Shown piece by piece: positions 9,375 to 18,533 of a stretch of DNA of 64,000 nt. Position numbers and translations under genes: made by a program. The stretch is from a virus. The notes below the pieces were generated by a model. It ran no database searches. It saw only the letters and a list, made by a program, of their open reading frames with translations, and was not told the DNA's origin. Every line of letters starts with the position of its first letter. Position 1 is the stretch's first letter. Location of the stretch: positions 32,985 to 96,984 of IMG/VR virus record IMGVR_UViG_3300025324_000011; one strand, 5' to 3'.

Positions 9375-9713
9375 ATGAAGAGGCATATCGTAATCGTTCT
9401 TAGCGCCATCTTGGCAATTGCCATCCTCATGATCTGCTATGGGACAGACAAGAGTCTACATCAACGAGCCCATGAAGCGAACGACGGAGAGGCGCTCTGC
9501 GGATTTTTCTGGCCGCAAGGCGGCACAGCGCCGCATCCTCATCCTGTCAAATTTAGCATTACCACTTCCTTGCGTGAGGTGTCGCTCCGGCTTCCGGATG
9601 ACATCGTCACGCTCCGAAAGTGTCGAGCCGATACTTCGCTAAGAGAACTTCGAGAACGAGATTACGAGGATCTGCTACAGACAGCACGCGGCGGTGGCAA
9701 GGAGGAAAAATGA
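9375..9713 (+). CDS. membrane-anchored hypothetical protein
   Basis: GGAGG RBS; N-terminal hydrophobic helix. Confidence 0.65.
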   Translation: MKRHIVIVLSAILAIAILMICYGTDKSLHQRAHEANDGEALCGFFWPQGGTAPHPHPVKFSITTSLREVSLRLPDDIVTLRKCRADTSLRELRERDYEDLLQTARGGGKEEK

Positions 9714-10015
9714 AGGGAATCTACAGATTTAATTTCGATTGTGGCCGAGACGGCAATCTGCTCGGCATCTTCGTCTCGACACCCGATGATTTAGAGAAGC
9801 GGTACGGCAGGGAATTAGACTTTGGCTACGCTCTCGGGAAGTATAGTGAGATATATGGAGAGCTAGAACCGCGCCATGTCACCCTCGTGACCGACGATCC
9901 GAAAGCTGTAGCCATCTTCGAGAAGTACAAACTGGAGACCGGGAGAACGCCGTTCAATGACTACTCCGTAGACGAAGACCAAGACATAGACGACGAAGAT
10001 ATTTCAGAGGAGTAA
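9710..10015 (+). CDS. hypothetical phage protein with acidic tail
   Basis: AGGAGG RBS; ATGA overlap. Confidence 0.7.
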   Translation: MKGIYRFNFDCGRDGNLLGIFVSTPDDLEKRYGRELDFGYALGKYSEIYGELEPRHVTLVTDDPKAVAIFEKYKLETGRTPFNDYSVDEDQDIDDEDISEE

Positions 10016-10123
10016 TCGCCTGCGCCTACTAATCGTTGACGGTATAGTAAGGGAAATGCGGGGATGGTTAACTGCCGGTCTCTTTGCATAGACAATGTTC
10101 CAGACCTGCCTAATGGAGGTTGC

Positions 10124-11035
10124 ATGAGTGATGGAGCGAGCTTCGGGGACAGACTGCGAGCTGCGTCTGATTTCGCTTTTCTGGATGGCGTTGCCATCGC
10201 TATTGACCATGACGCAGAGAAATTGCGTGCGGAACGTGATGCATGGAAAGAAGCGGCCAGAGCTTGCGCCGATAACAGGGAAGTCCACCTCAGGGACAAT
10301 TGCCTGCTCATTCGGCGAAAGTTACTTGCGGATGTTTTGACAAGCGGGTGGTGTGATCGCTGCGAGGCAAGACTACGCAGGATGATCGATCGCATCCTGC
10401 CAGACGAGACATCCGATCCAGGTATCCAGTACCCAGTAGAAGAGACTTCTGCTTGCGACACGCACCTAGCAATCGATACAGGGAGACCACCGAGTGCGCC
10501 AGTTATCGCATTTTTTACTGGTCAGCACCGGTTTCTGTCAAACTTTTGGCCGTGCGAGGTCACCGGCCCTGGTGGCCTCATATATCCCAGCGTTGAGCAT
10601 GCCTACCAAGCCTATAAGTCAACATCTCCAGACGACTGGGCAGCGATTCATATGGCAATCTCACCAGGATTTGCCAGAAGCATGGGACGCTCGATACCAC
10701 GGGCTAGGTTTGATCCAGATTGGGATGACAAATGTCTGTCCATCATGGAGGAGCTACTACGACAGAAGTTCAGCCAGCCACCACTGAGAGATTATCTCTG
10801 TGCCACAGAGCCAGCGACGCTTATCGAAGGCAACACCTGGCGAGACCGGTTCTGGGGAGTGTATAACGGGAAGGGTGAGAACCATTTAGGCAGACTGCTC
10901 ATGCGCATCAGGGCCGATGCATCACGCAGCATCAATCCAACGGACTGGCCTGGGGGCGTGCCGTCAGATCCGCGTCCCTACCTGGAAGGGCATCCGCTGT
11001 CAGAGGATGAGGTAGCGCGCGGCCAGGCGCTTTAA
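10124..11035 (+). CDS. NADAR (YbiA-like) domain protein with N-terminal extension
   Basis: FLSNFW, YPSVEHAYQAYK, LRQKFSQ, LIEGNTWRDRFWG, GENHLGRLLMRIR. Confidence 0.9.
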   Translation: MSDGASFGDRLRAASDFAFLDGVAIAIDHDAEKLRAERDAWKEAARACADNREVHLRDNCLLIRRKLLADVLTSGWCDRCEARLRRMIDRILPDETSDPGIQYPVEETSACDTHLAIDTGRPPSAPVIAFFTGQHRFLSNFWPCEVTGPGGLIYPSVEHAYQAYKSTSPDDWAAIHMAISPGFARSMGRSIPRARFDPDWDDKCLSIMEELLRQKFSQPPLRDYLCATEPATLIEGNTWRDRFWGVYNGKGENHLGRLLMRIRADASRSINPTDWPGGVPSDPRPYLEGHPLSEDEVARGQAL

Positions 11036-11259
11036 GGGAGCATCCCGGACTCGGATGGCGGCCAGCCCAACTGCCCGCTAAGAACCGTCTTGCGTCCCTG
11101 TATGTGTGACCTGCCGCGGTGTCCAAGGTGCAACTACACGAAGCACGACGCGGCCTTCGAACTTGACCATGACATGTGCCCTGGAACAATTCCCCTAGAC
11201 ACGCTCGATGGCGCCGGGCGCGATGGCGCCGGGCCAAGGGACGGAACGGAGTGGGATGC

Positions 11260-11505
11260 ATGAACGCTATTGAAGAATGGCTATCAGGCTGGGTGGCTGG
11301 AGAGGCTGCGGGATGCGCTGCATGCGCCAATCTTGTACGGTCGGCTGGATGCATTTGTAGATCGCTTCGGAAAGCCAACGACTTCCGCGGCACCATGAAG
11401 CCGATCGGCGCACGGGCCACCATGGGAAGGGATGGGGAGTGGACCATCGGTGAGCATGATCCTCGCTGCCCGGAGGCCCTTGCTGCGGATATAGAAGCAC
11501 AATAG
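11260..11505 (+). CDS. small Cys-containing hypothetical protein
   Basis: ORF in operon orientation. Confidence 0.45.
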   Translation: MNAIEEWLSGWVAGEAAGCAACANLVRSAGCICRSLRKANDFRGTMKPIGARATMGRDGEWTIGEHDPRCPEALAADIEAQ

Positions 11506-11535
11506 TGAATTGCTGAATGGGTAGGGCTGAAGCCG

Positions 11536-12030
11536 ATGATGCAGTGGGTGATTAGCAACCGCGCCGACCAGAAAACAAGAGAGATAGCTGATCGTCATTA
11601 TAACAGACAAAAAATCGGTTCGCCGCAGTTCGTTCCGCCTGGAAGGTGTGTCGTGCTAGTTACATTAGCGAAAGATGCGTTCTGGGTTACTTCGTGGCCG
11701 TTCGCACAATACGTGAAACATTCATGGGCTGGCGCTTGGGTGTGCTCGGCATTTAGGAACGAAAGCAAGACACTTTCAAGCCTATTGATTATTGAGGCGC
11801 TCGCGGCTACGCGGTTCATCTTTGGAGATCCGCCGACGAATGGCTGCGTCACGTTCGTTGATCCATCGAAAGTGCGGAAGAAGCGCGATCCCGGAAGGTG
11901 CTTCCTGCGCGCCGGATTCGTGCATGCTATTCCGCCGCAGACCAAGGGCGGCCTACTGGCATTCCAAATGTTGCCAGAGAATATTCCGAATGCAGTGCCG
12001 CCAGTTGGCCTTCAACTCTATTTATTCTGA
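11536..12030 (+). CDS. conserved phage protein, possibly Mom-like/GNAT-fold DNA modifier
   Basis: ADRHYNRQKIGSPQFVPPGR, WVCSAFRNES, TFVDPSKV, PGRCFLRAGF resemble the Mom/GNAT pattern. Confidence 0.6.
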   Translation: MMQWVISNRADQKTREIADRHYNRQKIGSPQFVPPGRCVVLVTLAKDAFWVTSWPFAQYVKHSWAGAWVCSAFRNESKTLSSLLIIEALAATRFIFGDPPTNGCVTFVDPSKVRKKRDPGRCFLRAGFVHAIPPQTKGGLLAFQMLPENIPNAVPPVGLQLYLF

Positions 12031-12041
12031 AAGATCAAATC

Positions 12042-12806
12042 ATGCGCCTGCTGCTCGTTGATGGCACCAACGCCGTTCTCCGTTACGCCGCCGCTATGAT
12101 CGGAGATCTTCGCGCCGAGTCAGTGCCAGACGCTGATTCCCTACGCGTCCTATCAGCGGTAGAGCGCGCGATCCGTCAATGCGCCGCGATTGCTCATTGC
12201 GACCATGCGATCATCGCCTTCGACGCCGCGGAGGGGACATGGCGCCGCGAGCTATTCTCTGAATACAAGAAGGGGCGGAAAAAGATCCCCTTCCCATGGT
12301 CTGCTGGTCTTTCTCGATTTCTCGCGGACGGTGGATGGTTTTGCTCGGTCGCCCCGGGATTCGAGGCAGACGATATTATTGCGACTATGGCGCGACGAAG
12401 CATCGACGCAGGCCATAGAGTTGCCGTGCTTTCCTCGGATTCAGACCTTCTCCAGTTGGCCTCCGAGTGGTGTTCGATTTACCAATACAGCAGCGGAGAG
12501 GTGCGCTTCGTTCTGCGAAATCCGCAATGGATCGCGGAGCACTACGGTATCCGCGACGTTTGGCAACTCGCCTATTACAAGGCGCTGGTAGGCGAGCTAG
12601 GAGATGGCCTTCCAGGAGTCCCCGGGATCGGTCCGAAGCGAGCGCTGCATCTCATGGCGCAATATCCCTCGGCCAAGGACCTATCGTCCTCCAGGGCGCT
12701 TCCTGCGAAGGATTTGGCCCGCTTTAGACGGATGCTTGAGCTTGTGACGCTGCGAGAGGATGTTCCGCTGGCGCCGCTGATTCCGATGGTCTGCAGGGTA
12801 CCCTGA
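12042..12806 (+). CDS. 5'-3' exonuclease / flap endonuclease (PolA N-terminal-like)
   Basis: LLVDGTN, AFD, YKKGR, FEADDII, SSDSDLLQL, PGVPGIGPKRA (HhH). Confidence 0.92.
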   Translation: MRLLLVDGTNAVLRYAAAMIGDLRAESVPDADSLRVLSAVERAIRQCAAIAHCDHAIIAFDAAEGTWRRELFSEYKKGRKKIPFPWSAGLSRFLADGGWFCSVAPGFEADDIIATMARRSIDAGHRVAVLSSDSDLLQLASEWCSIYQYSSGEVRFVLRNPQWIAEHYGIRDVWQLAYYKALVGELGDGLPGVPGIGPKRALHLMAQYPSAKDLSSSRALPAKDLARFRRMLELVTLREDVPLAPLIPMVCRVP

Positions 12807-12874
12807 TCCGGAGGAGAAGCGCTGCGGGAAGGTGGCCCCACCTCCCCGCAAAATACAGAGGCGCGGCTGGACCT

Positions 12875-13183
12875 CTACGTAAGATCGAGATTGAGAACGG
12901 ACATCAGCTCGTTCACGATCTCGACGAGGGCATCCTCATTCGCCGTATACGGTCGCGCCTGAGCATCCCGCCGCGTCGTCACCAGCCCGCCGGCCTTGAG
13001 CTTCGCTAGGTGTTGTGAGACCGCCGAGAGCGAGATCTTGGCATGCTCCGCCAGATTCCCGACCCCGGTCTCTCCATCCGCGCGCAGCTTGGCGAGCATG
13101 CTGAGGCGGCTGGAATTCCCGAGCAGATTCACCGCCTCTGCCAGTTCATAGATGTCCATCGTTTCCTTGGTCTTCTTTGCCAT
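12875..13183 (-). CDS. ArsR/SmtB family transcriptional regulator
   Basis: LGNSSRLSML...SLSAVSQHLAKLKAGGLVTTRRDAQ. Confidence 0.88.
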   Translation of the reverse strand: MAKKTKETMDIYELAEAVNLLGNSSRLSMLAKLRADGETGVGNLAEHAKISLSAVSQHLAKLKAGGLVTTRRDAQARPYTANEDALVEIVNELMSVLNLDLT

Positions 13184-13306
13184 TTCGTTGTTTCCTCCTT
13201 TGGAACAACCTTATCAAAATGCGCTCAGCATGTCAAGGGGAACGCGATTAGCAAAACATCGGTGGGGGGCTTGACAAGCTCCGCCGCTATGTGCAAGACT
13301 AGGTCC

Positions 13307-13495
13307 ATGAGCGAGTCTGGCACACTCCAATTGCCCCCGCCGCGGACGATCCGCACGCGCCGCGTGCTGGTTGCTCTCACGATTGAGGAGCATGCGGCGC
13401 TGTCGGACTTGGCGGCACAACGAAGCGAGCCCCCTGCGACCGTCGCGCGGGCATTGATCGTGGCCGCCCTGCATGCGCTAAGGACAGAACGATGA
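13307..13495 (+). CDS. small ribbon-helix-helix-like protein, divergent from ArsR
   Basis: RVLVALTIEEHAALSDLAAQRSEPPATVARALI; TTGACA promoter at about 13271. Confidence 0.55.
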   Translation: MSESGTLQLPPPRTIRTRRVLVALTIEEHAALSDLAAQRSEPPATVARALIVAALHALRTER

Positions 13496-14139
13496 TCCTG
13501 GACGTGGCGAAGGTGTCGGTTACTTCTCGGGGAAGCGGAAGCGGGTCGGCTTCGTCCGTCACCACAATGACCCGGTGCGCGGCCGGCGCCGCAGCGCGAC
13601 GCGGCCGGCTGCCTTGCGGTAATCCTTCGAGCCGCTCCCAGGTTTCCTTCTTGTCGGCTCCGCCCGATAGGGCAACCTCCCATGTATCCGGCGTTTCCAG
13701 CTCGCCGGCGACGAGCCGCTTCCAGGCGCTGCTTGAAGGGCGCGGGCGGGAGCGAATGTTCCCGTATCGATTCCTCGCCGAGCTCTGCCTGCTCTTCATT
13801 CTTCGGCTTCGCTCCTATCATGGCCTGCCACTTGTGACGCACCGCAATGAATCTGAGATCGCACCGCAGAACAGCGTTTGCGCTGGATACGCGCTTATCC
13901 GAGGAAGGAAGAGGAAATCTAAATCTGCGCATGCTGGCGATTCGCGGCGAGGTTGATCTGCGATCTATTCAATGCGACGAACCGCTGCATCCAAGCTTCG
14001 AGGCGATGATTGCGGCCAATCCGCCGCATCGAAAGGGGAGGCGCAGAAACGCCTCGTGTCCTGTAAATCAGCCTATCGATGTTCCACGCTAAACTTACTC
14101 CGCTTGCTTTCTCTTGTGCTTTCTGCTAGGATGTGCAGC

Positions 14140-14376
14140 ATGAACAACGGATGCCCGCATTGTAAGTATAGAGGGATTCGCTTTTTCCTGAATTCCGGGA
14201 TGTGGAGAGACATTCTTCAGGAAAGGGGGCGAGCTGTTTTTTATTGCCCGAACTGCAAGGAATTGCTGCCGAAGGACGGAGGCGTCGCTAGCACGGAGCA
14301 TATCGGAGTAGTTCTCACGATCATTGCCGCCCTTGCCATTTTCCTTGTCATCGCTTTCATCATAGCGAGTCTCTAA
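14140..14376 (+). CDS. Zn-ribbon membrane protein
   Basis: CPHC and CPNC plus C-terminal TM helix. Confidence 0.6.
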   Translation: MNNGCPHCKYRGIRFFLNSGMWRDILQERGRAVFYCPNCKELLPKDGGVASTEHIGVVLTIIAALAIFLVIAFIIASL

Positions 14377-14714
14377 TGGCGCATCCACACCCAAAATCAC
14401 GCAGGGTAGAGCTTCCCGGCGAATGGCCCGGGACAATCACCATGACCCCGGATGGACGGCTGCGGATCTACCTTGGTCGTGGTCATGGAGCGGCAAATAG
14501 CGCTGGCTGGACATGGCTCGGTAGATTTCTCGCCTGGGCTTCGACGGGCGTAAGGTTGCCGACCGAGATCCATGTCCATCACATGGACAATGATCACTTG
14601 AATATCCGAGAAGAAAACAGGATGCACCTCCATCGTTCCGAGCATTCGCGGCTGCATGCGGCAACTAGGACTCGCAACGAGAAAGGGCAATTCGCCGTCG
14701 AGGAGGCAGAATGA
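14376..14714 (+). CDS. HNH endonuclease-like protein
   Basis: HVHHMDNDHLNIREEN...HSRLH. Confidence 0.75.
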   Translation: MAHPHPKSRRVELPGEWPGTITMTPDGRLRIYLGRGHGAANSAGWTWLGRFLAWASTGVRLPTEIHVHHMDNDHLNIREENRMHLHRSEHSRLHAATRTRNEKGQFAVEEAE

Positions 14715-15190
14715 AACTCCTTTTCGTAATCGTATACATACTATGGATAGTATGCGGTGCGGTTGCGACTATCTCCGGGTTTCTCGGCATCGCTCTCATG
14801 ATCGGCGCCAACGATCAACCGTTGACAATGGGAAGCGATTCATTCGTTATTCTGATCTTTCTCGGATTGGTCTTCGGCGTTGCATTTATCGTCCTTGCGT
14901 CAGGCATCGAGCGGCTCGGAAGGGAGATCAGTTCAGGCTATAGAAATGTCGGTCGCCTGCTGGCGATCATGGTCCTATCTCTTGTCTTCGCCGCAGCAAC
15001 CGGCTCAAGACGAGAAGAGAAGAAATGCTATTTCAGCGTTGTCGCCAAGATATGCTACAAGCTTGGGCAACTGCGTAGATTCGGCGACACCATCGGCTGT
15101 TGCGTTTACAGTGCATGGGCAAGCCGCCCCATCTATTATGAATTTTGTCATTTTGATACGAAGACTAGGCGATGGATCTATACTCGCTGA
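14711..15190 (+). CDS. multi-TM membrane protein
   Basis: GAGGAGG RBS; three hydrophobic segments. Confidence 0.6.
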   Translation: MKLLFVIVYILWIVCGAVATISGFLGIALMIGANDQPLTMGSDSFVILIFLGLVFGVAFIVLASGIERLGREISSGYRNVGRLLAIMVLSLVFAAATGSRREEKKCYFSVVAKICYKLGQLRRFGDTIGCCVYSAWASRPIYYEFCHFDTKTRRWIYTR

Positions 15191-15597
15191 TCAGCGCACC
15201 ACCAAGTAAGCGCGTCGGCCGCGGCAAGCGCATGATGCTCACGGTACCGCAAGATGTCATTCCGCGCTTTGTGGCGCAGGCAGCCAAGTGGGGATGCAGG
15301 CCGGCAACGGCCGTTCTAAACCTCGCGCTCGGAGCATTGCGAGCGATCGAAGATCAAGAGATGCGCTTGTCACACAATCACCCGCTCAGGGCGGATGGTT
15401 ATGACCTCGGTTCGAATGTGCCGTTTGAAGTGGCCTTGGCGGCGTCCTACAATCCTCGTTGTGAGGCGTTCTGCGGTTGGGAGATAGGACCGTACCCCTG
15501 CACCAGGGAGCGTGGCCACGGTGGCGCTCACGTGGCGCGTGCGGCTGGCGGTGTTATCGTGGCAGCATGGGATGAAGAAGGAGGGCAGGGAGCATGA
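15172..15597 (+). CDS. hypothetical protein (RHH-like N-terminus, CTRERGHGGAH C-terminal motif)
   Basis: Coupled ORF in operon. Confidence 0.55.
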   Translation: MDLYSLISAPPSKRVGRGKRMMLTVPQDVIPRFVAQAAKWGCRPATAVLNLALGALRAIEDQEMRLSHNHPLRADGYDLGSNVPFEVALAASYNPRCEAFCGWEIGPYPCTRERGHGGAHVARAAGGVIVAAWDEEGGQGA

Positions 15598-15934
15598 AGG
15601 CGCTCAGGCGTTGTTTTCTGTTTTTTGGCTTAACTGTTGCGATAATCTCTCCACCGAAAGATCCGTGGCGAAACCTAGCAGTGGCCGCCATTTTTGTGTA
15701 CGCTGCTTGTCACTGGCGCGAGGAGTAACGGTCATGGGCGGAACTGCGCTAGATCCACGGAAAGAGGAAGCATCGCAGGGCAGCAAATCCGCCAGCAATA
15801 TCGGATGCGCGGCGAAAATCGCAATCTTCCTAATCTTGCTTTCCATGGCTCGCATGAATTGCTATGACCATTTGTCGATCTATCCAGCTTGGATGCGAGC
15901 GGTCTGTAGTTGCCTATTTGCGGGCTAGGATGAG

Positions 15935-17057
15935 ATGAGGTTCGCATCGGTTTGCTCGGGGTGCGGAGGGTTTGACCTTGGCCTTGAGCAAGCGGGCCTG
16001 CGATGCGTCGTACAAATCGAGATCAATAAGCAATGTTTCTCAGTTCTGGAAAAGCATTGGCCTTATGTTAAGCGGTTGAAAGATCTCTATGAGACGAAAG
16101 CGGAAGATCTTCCAGCCGTTGATGTTTTCGCAGGAGGAACACCCTGCCAGGATCTCTCGATTTCTGGACGCCGTGCGGGATTGGATGGAAGCGAATCCAG
16201 ACTCTTCTACGAATTCGTTCGCCTCGCTGATTCGCAGCCTGCCGCTGCGGTTCTCTGGGAAAACGTCCCTGGCGCTTTCACCTCCTCGGAGGGAGAGGAT
16301 TTTGCGATCATCCTCCGAGAACTCAGCGGATACTATCCTTCCGTCCCGATCGGAGGATGGAGAAATTCAGGCTTCTGCGTTGGACATTAAACGATACGTG
16401 CTCTGGCGCGTGCTGGACGCTCAATACTTCGGAATTCCACAGCGACGCCGTCGCGTCTTCGTTGTTGGATTGCCTCGAAACGGGGAGCGGGGAAGAATTC
16501 GAGGCGTACATCCAGAGATACTTTTTGACGAAACGAGCCTGCGCAGGCATCCTCCGTCGAGCCTTGAAAAGGAACAGACCGTTGCCCCATTACTTGGAGG
16601 AAGCCTTGGCGGCCACAGAATAGGAGCAGAAGAGGCGGCAGGCGGGCATCTAATTAGTCACACCGTCACCACCCGCAGCGGTATGCATCATGATCCAACA
16701 AGCGACACATTCATTGTCCATACCCTGACAAGTGAGGGGGCGGACGCGAGCGAAGACGGCACAGGACGCGGCCTTCCGCTTGTTCTCGGAACTCTCGCTG
16801 CCTCATACGGAAAACAAGCAGGGAGGGACTTCGAGGTGTCGGATAATTTGATCGTTGCTCGCCGTCGCGTCCGGAGGATAACACCGATTGAGGCTGAGCG
16901 CTTGCAGGGCTTCCCAGATCATTGGACTAAGCATGACTCGAACGGTCGGAAGTTATCGGATGCGTCACGCTATCGAATGATAGGTAACGCGGTAGCCGTG
17001 CCAGTCGCAAAATGGATAGGATCTCGTTTAATTCAAGCAGTGGAGGATTCGCAATGA
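15935..17057 (+). pseudogene. DNA cytosine-5 methyltransferase split by a +1 frameshift near 16388
   Basis: Motifs I, IV, VI (CSGCGG, GGTPCQ, WENV) in 15935-16390; WRVLDAQYFG, QRRRRVF, ERLQGFP and IGNAV in the +1 frame to 17057; removing one T from GGACATTAAACGA restores GHKRYVLWRVLDA. Confidence 0.85.
16357..16623 (+). CDS. nested alternative-frame polypeptide of the C5-MTase (M.EcoHK31I beta-like)
   Basis: TLNTSEFHSDAVASSLLDCLE...RYFLTKRACAGILRRA, a recognisable alternative-frame peptide of this MTase type. Confidence 0.65.
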   Translation: MEKFRLLRWTLNDTCSGACWTLNTSEFHSDAVASSLLDCLETGSGEEFEAYIQRYFLTKRACAGILRRALKRNRPLPHYLEEALAATE

Positions 17058-17383
17058 GACACGCTAGGCCAGTAGATCAAGAGCGATGGAATAGCCGCCT
17101 CGCGCGCCTACGCAAGATCCTAGAGATCAACGTCCCCGATGTTGTGATTGCGACCGAGGCTGGCCTAATCTTGGAGGCGTGGCACGGCAACAAATGGCGC
17201 CGAGCTTTCTGGTGCCTGCGCGATGCTACGCGGTGGGCTTTGTTGTGGCGGGTTATACTGCCGCTCGAAATCGGATCTTGCCGATTTTTCGGAATCCACA
17301 GTTGGGATACGATCGAAGAGGAACAATGTGACGGGAGTTTCGCCGCGATAGAGCGATGCTGTTTCTGCATGAAGGCTAGGTAG
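17054..17383 (+). CDS. hypothetical protein
   Basis: GGAGG RBS; ATGA overlap. Confidence 0.6.
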   Translation: MRHARPVDQERWNSRLARLRKILEINVPDVVIATEAGLILEAWHGNKWRRAFWCLRDATRWALLWRVILPLEIGSCRFFGIHSWDTIEEEQCDGSFAAIERCCFCMKAR

Positions 17384-17828
17384 ATTTCTTCCTCATCGAT
17401 TCAATCCTTTCCCGTAGCTCTTCGATCGTCGTTGCGCTATCCTCAAGGGATGCCTCAGCGAGATCAGCCCTAGTCCTAAGTTCCTTGACCTCTTCCTCGA
17501 GCAGAACGGCGTATTTGGCGCGCGGGCGAAGCTCTGCGACCTCTTCTCGCAGCGCCGCTAGTTGCGTTTCCGCCGCATCGAGTCTCGCCTCTAAGGTGGC
17601 TTGTCTCTTTTCGTACCTATCAAGTAATTGGCTGACTCGACCGAATTCCGATGTATCTTTAGCCGTAAGAACCTGCGTTTCCAACACAGCAGCATCTGCA
17701 ATCATCTTGCGAGCTTCTGGGCGACGAAACATAAAGGTACGAAGCAGGGCTAGCAGCGTGGCTAATCCACCTCCAGCGACTACGGACACGAGGACTGTAA
17801 CCCAGCCCGGGGTTGACGGTTCCGCCAC
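17376..17828 (-). CDS. single-TM + coiled-coil membrane protein (lysis-cassette type)
   Basis: N-terminal TM followed by heptad-rich helix; GTG start directly after the upstream TGA. Confidence 0.75.
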   Translation of the reverse strand: MAEPSTPGWVTVLVSVVAGGGLATLLALLRTFMFRRPEARKMIADAAVLETQVLTAKDTSEFGRVSQLLDRYEKRQATLEARLDAAETQLAALREEVAELRPRAKYAVLLEEEVKELRTRADLAEASLEDSATTIEELRERIESMRKKST

Positions 17829-18245
17829 TCAGGAATGCCTTGCTTTCTCGCGGTCTAGATCGATCATTAGGGTGCGGACTTTTTCAACCATCTCATCATA
17901 ATCACTCATCGCTTGGCGGATTGGCCGCACTGCGCGATGAAGCACAATGCCAGCAATAAGCGAGACAACCGCAGTCAAGATTAGCATTCCCGATTCGAGT
18001 CCGTAGTAGGGCTGGAAGATGACAACGACGCCAATCAAATGGGAGATCCCGCAGAAGGCGATGAATACCGATGCTAGCATCCATAGCGCAGGCTGCGGTA
18101 TTTTTGACTGCGATGAAAGAACTCTTACAATCGAAACGGGGATCCAGGTATAGGCAATAAAAATCAGGACGTTGCCTATGATGATAGCCCACAGAAGAAC
18201 TGGATCAGAAATACAAGATTCCCGAGCGATCGATAAAACTTCCAT
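17829..18245 (-). CDS. stand-alone ethylene-receptor-like (ETR1-type) three-TM ligand-binding domain
   Basis: GNVLIFIAYTWIP / FIAFCGISHL / LTAVVS match ETR1 SDFFIAIAYFSIP / FIVLCGATHL / LTAVVS; no kinase or GAF domain. Confidence 0.8.
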   Translation of the reverse strand: MEVLSIARESCISDPVLLWAIIIGNVLIFIAYTWIPVSIVRVLSSQSKIPQPALWMLASVFIAFCGISHLIGVVVIFQPYYGLESGMLILTAVVSLIAGIVLHRAVRPIRQAMSDYDEMVEKVRTLMIDLDREKARHS

Positions 18246-18263
18246 CTCCTTCCCTTTCCACTC

Positions 18264-18530
18264 TTACGCTGGAGATCGGGGACGATTTCGCGTTACTGCG
18301 GCGCGGATGCCCCAGAGGCCCAGGGCAGTCGCTACCGCCTCACCGACCTTGTAAAGATCGAGGTCGCCTCGGAAGTAGCCGGCGAAGGCCAACGCCACCA
18401 GCGTGGCGACGGCGAGCAGGGTTTTCAAGCCCGGCAACGGATCGCTTGGAGTACCGAGCTTGATCCTGCGGCCTCGGCGAGGCTTGCCGAGGCCCTTGGG
18501 GAGATATGGCGCTGTTGGGTGGTGTGGCAT
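18264..18530 (-). CDS. putative holin (2 TM)
   Basis: GLKTLLAVA...LGLWGIRAAV; basic termini. Confidence 0.6.
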   Translation of the reverse strand: MPHHPTAPYLPKGLGKPRRGRRIKLGTPSDPLPGLKTLLAVATLVALAFAGYFRGDLDLYKVGEAVATALGLWGIRAAVTRNRPRSPA

Positions 18531-18533
18531 GGC

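Noticed and set aside
11205-11234. Short tandem repeats (CGATGGCGCCGGGC x2; also CGATTGCTCAAG x2 at 721-744)
   Set aside because: Only two units each; likely slippage duplications with no sign of function.
13492-14092. Overlapping ORFs on both strands
   Set aside because: The coding frame could not be decided and no motifs were recognised.
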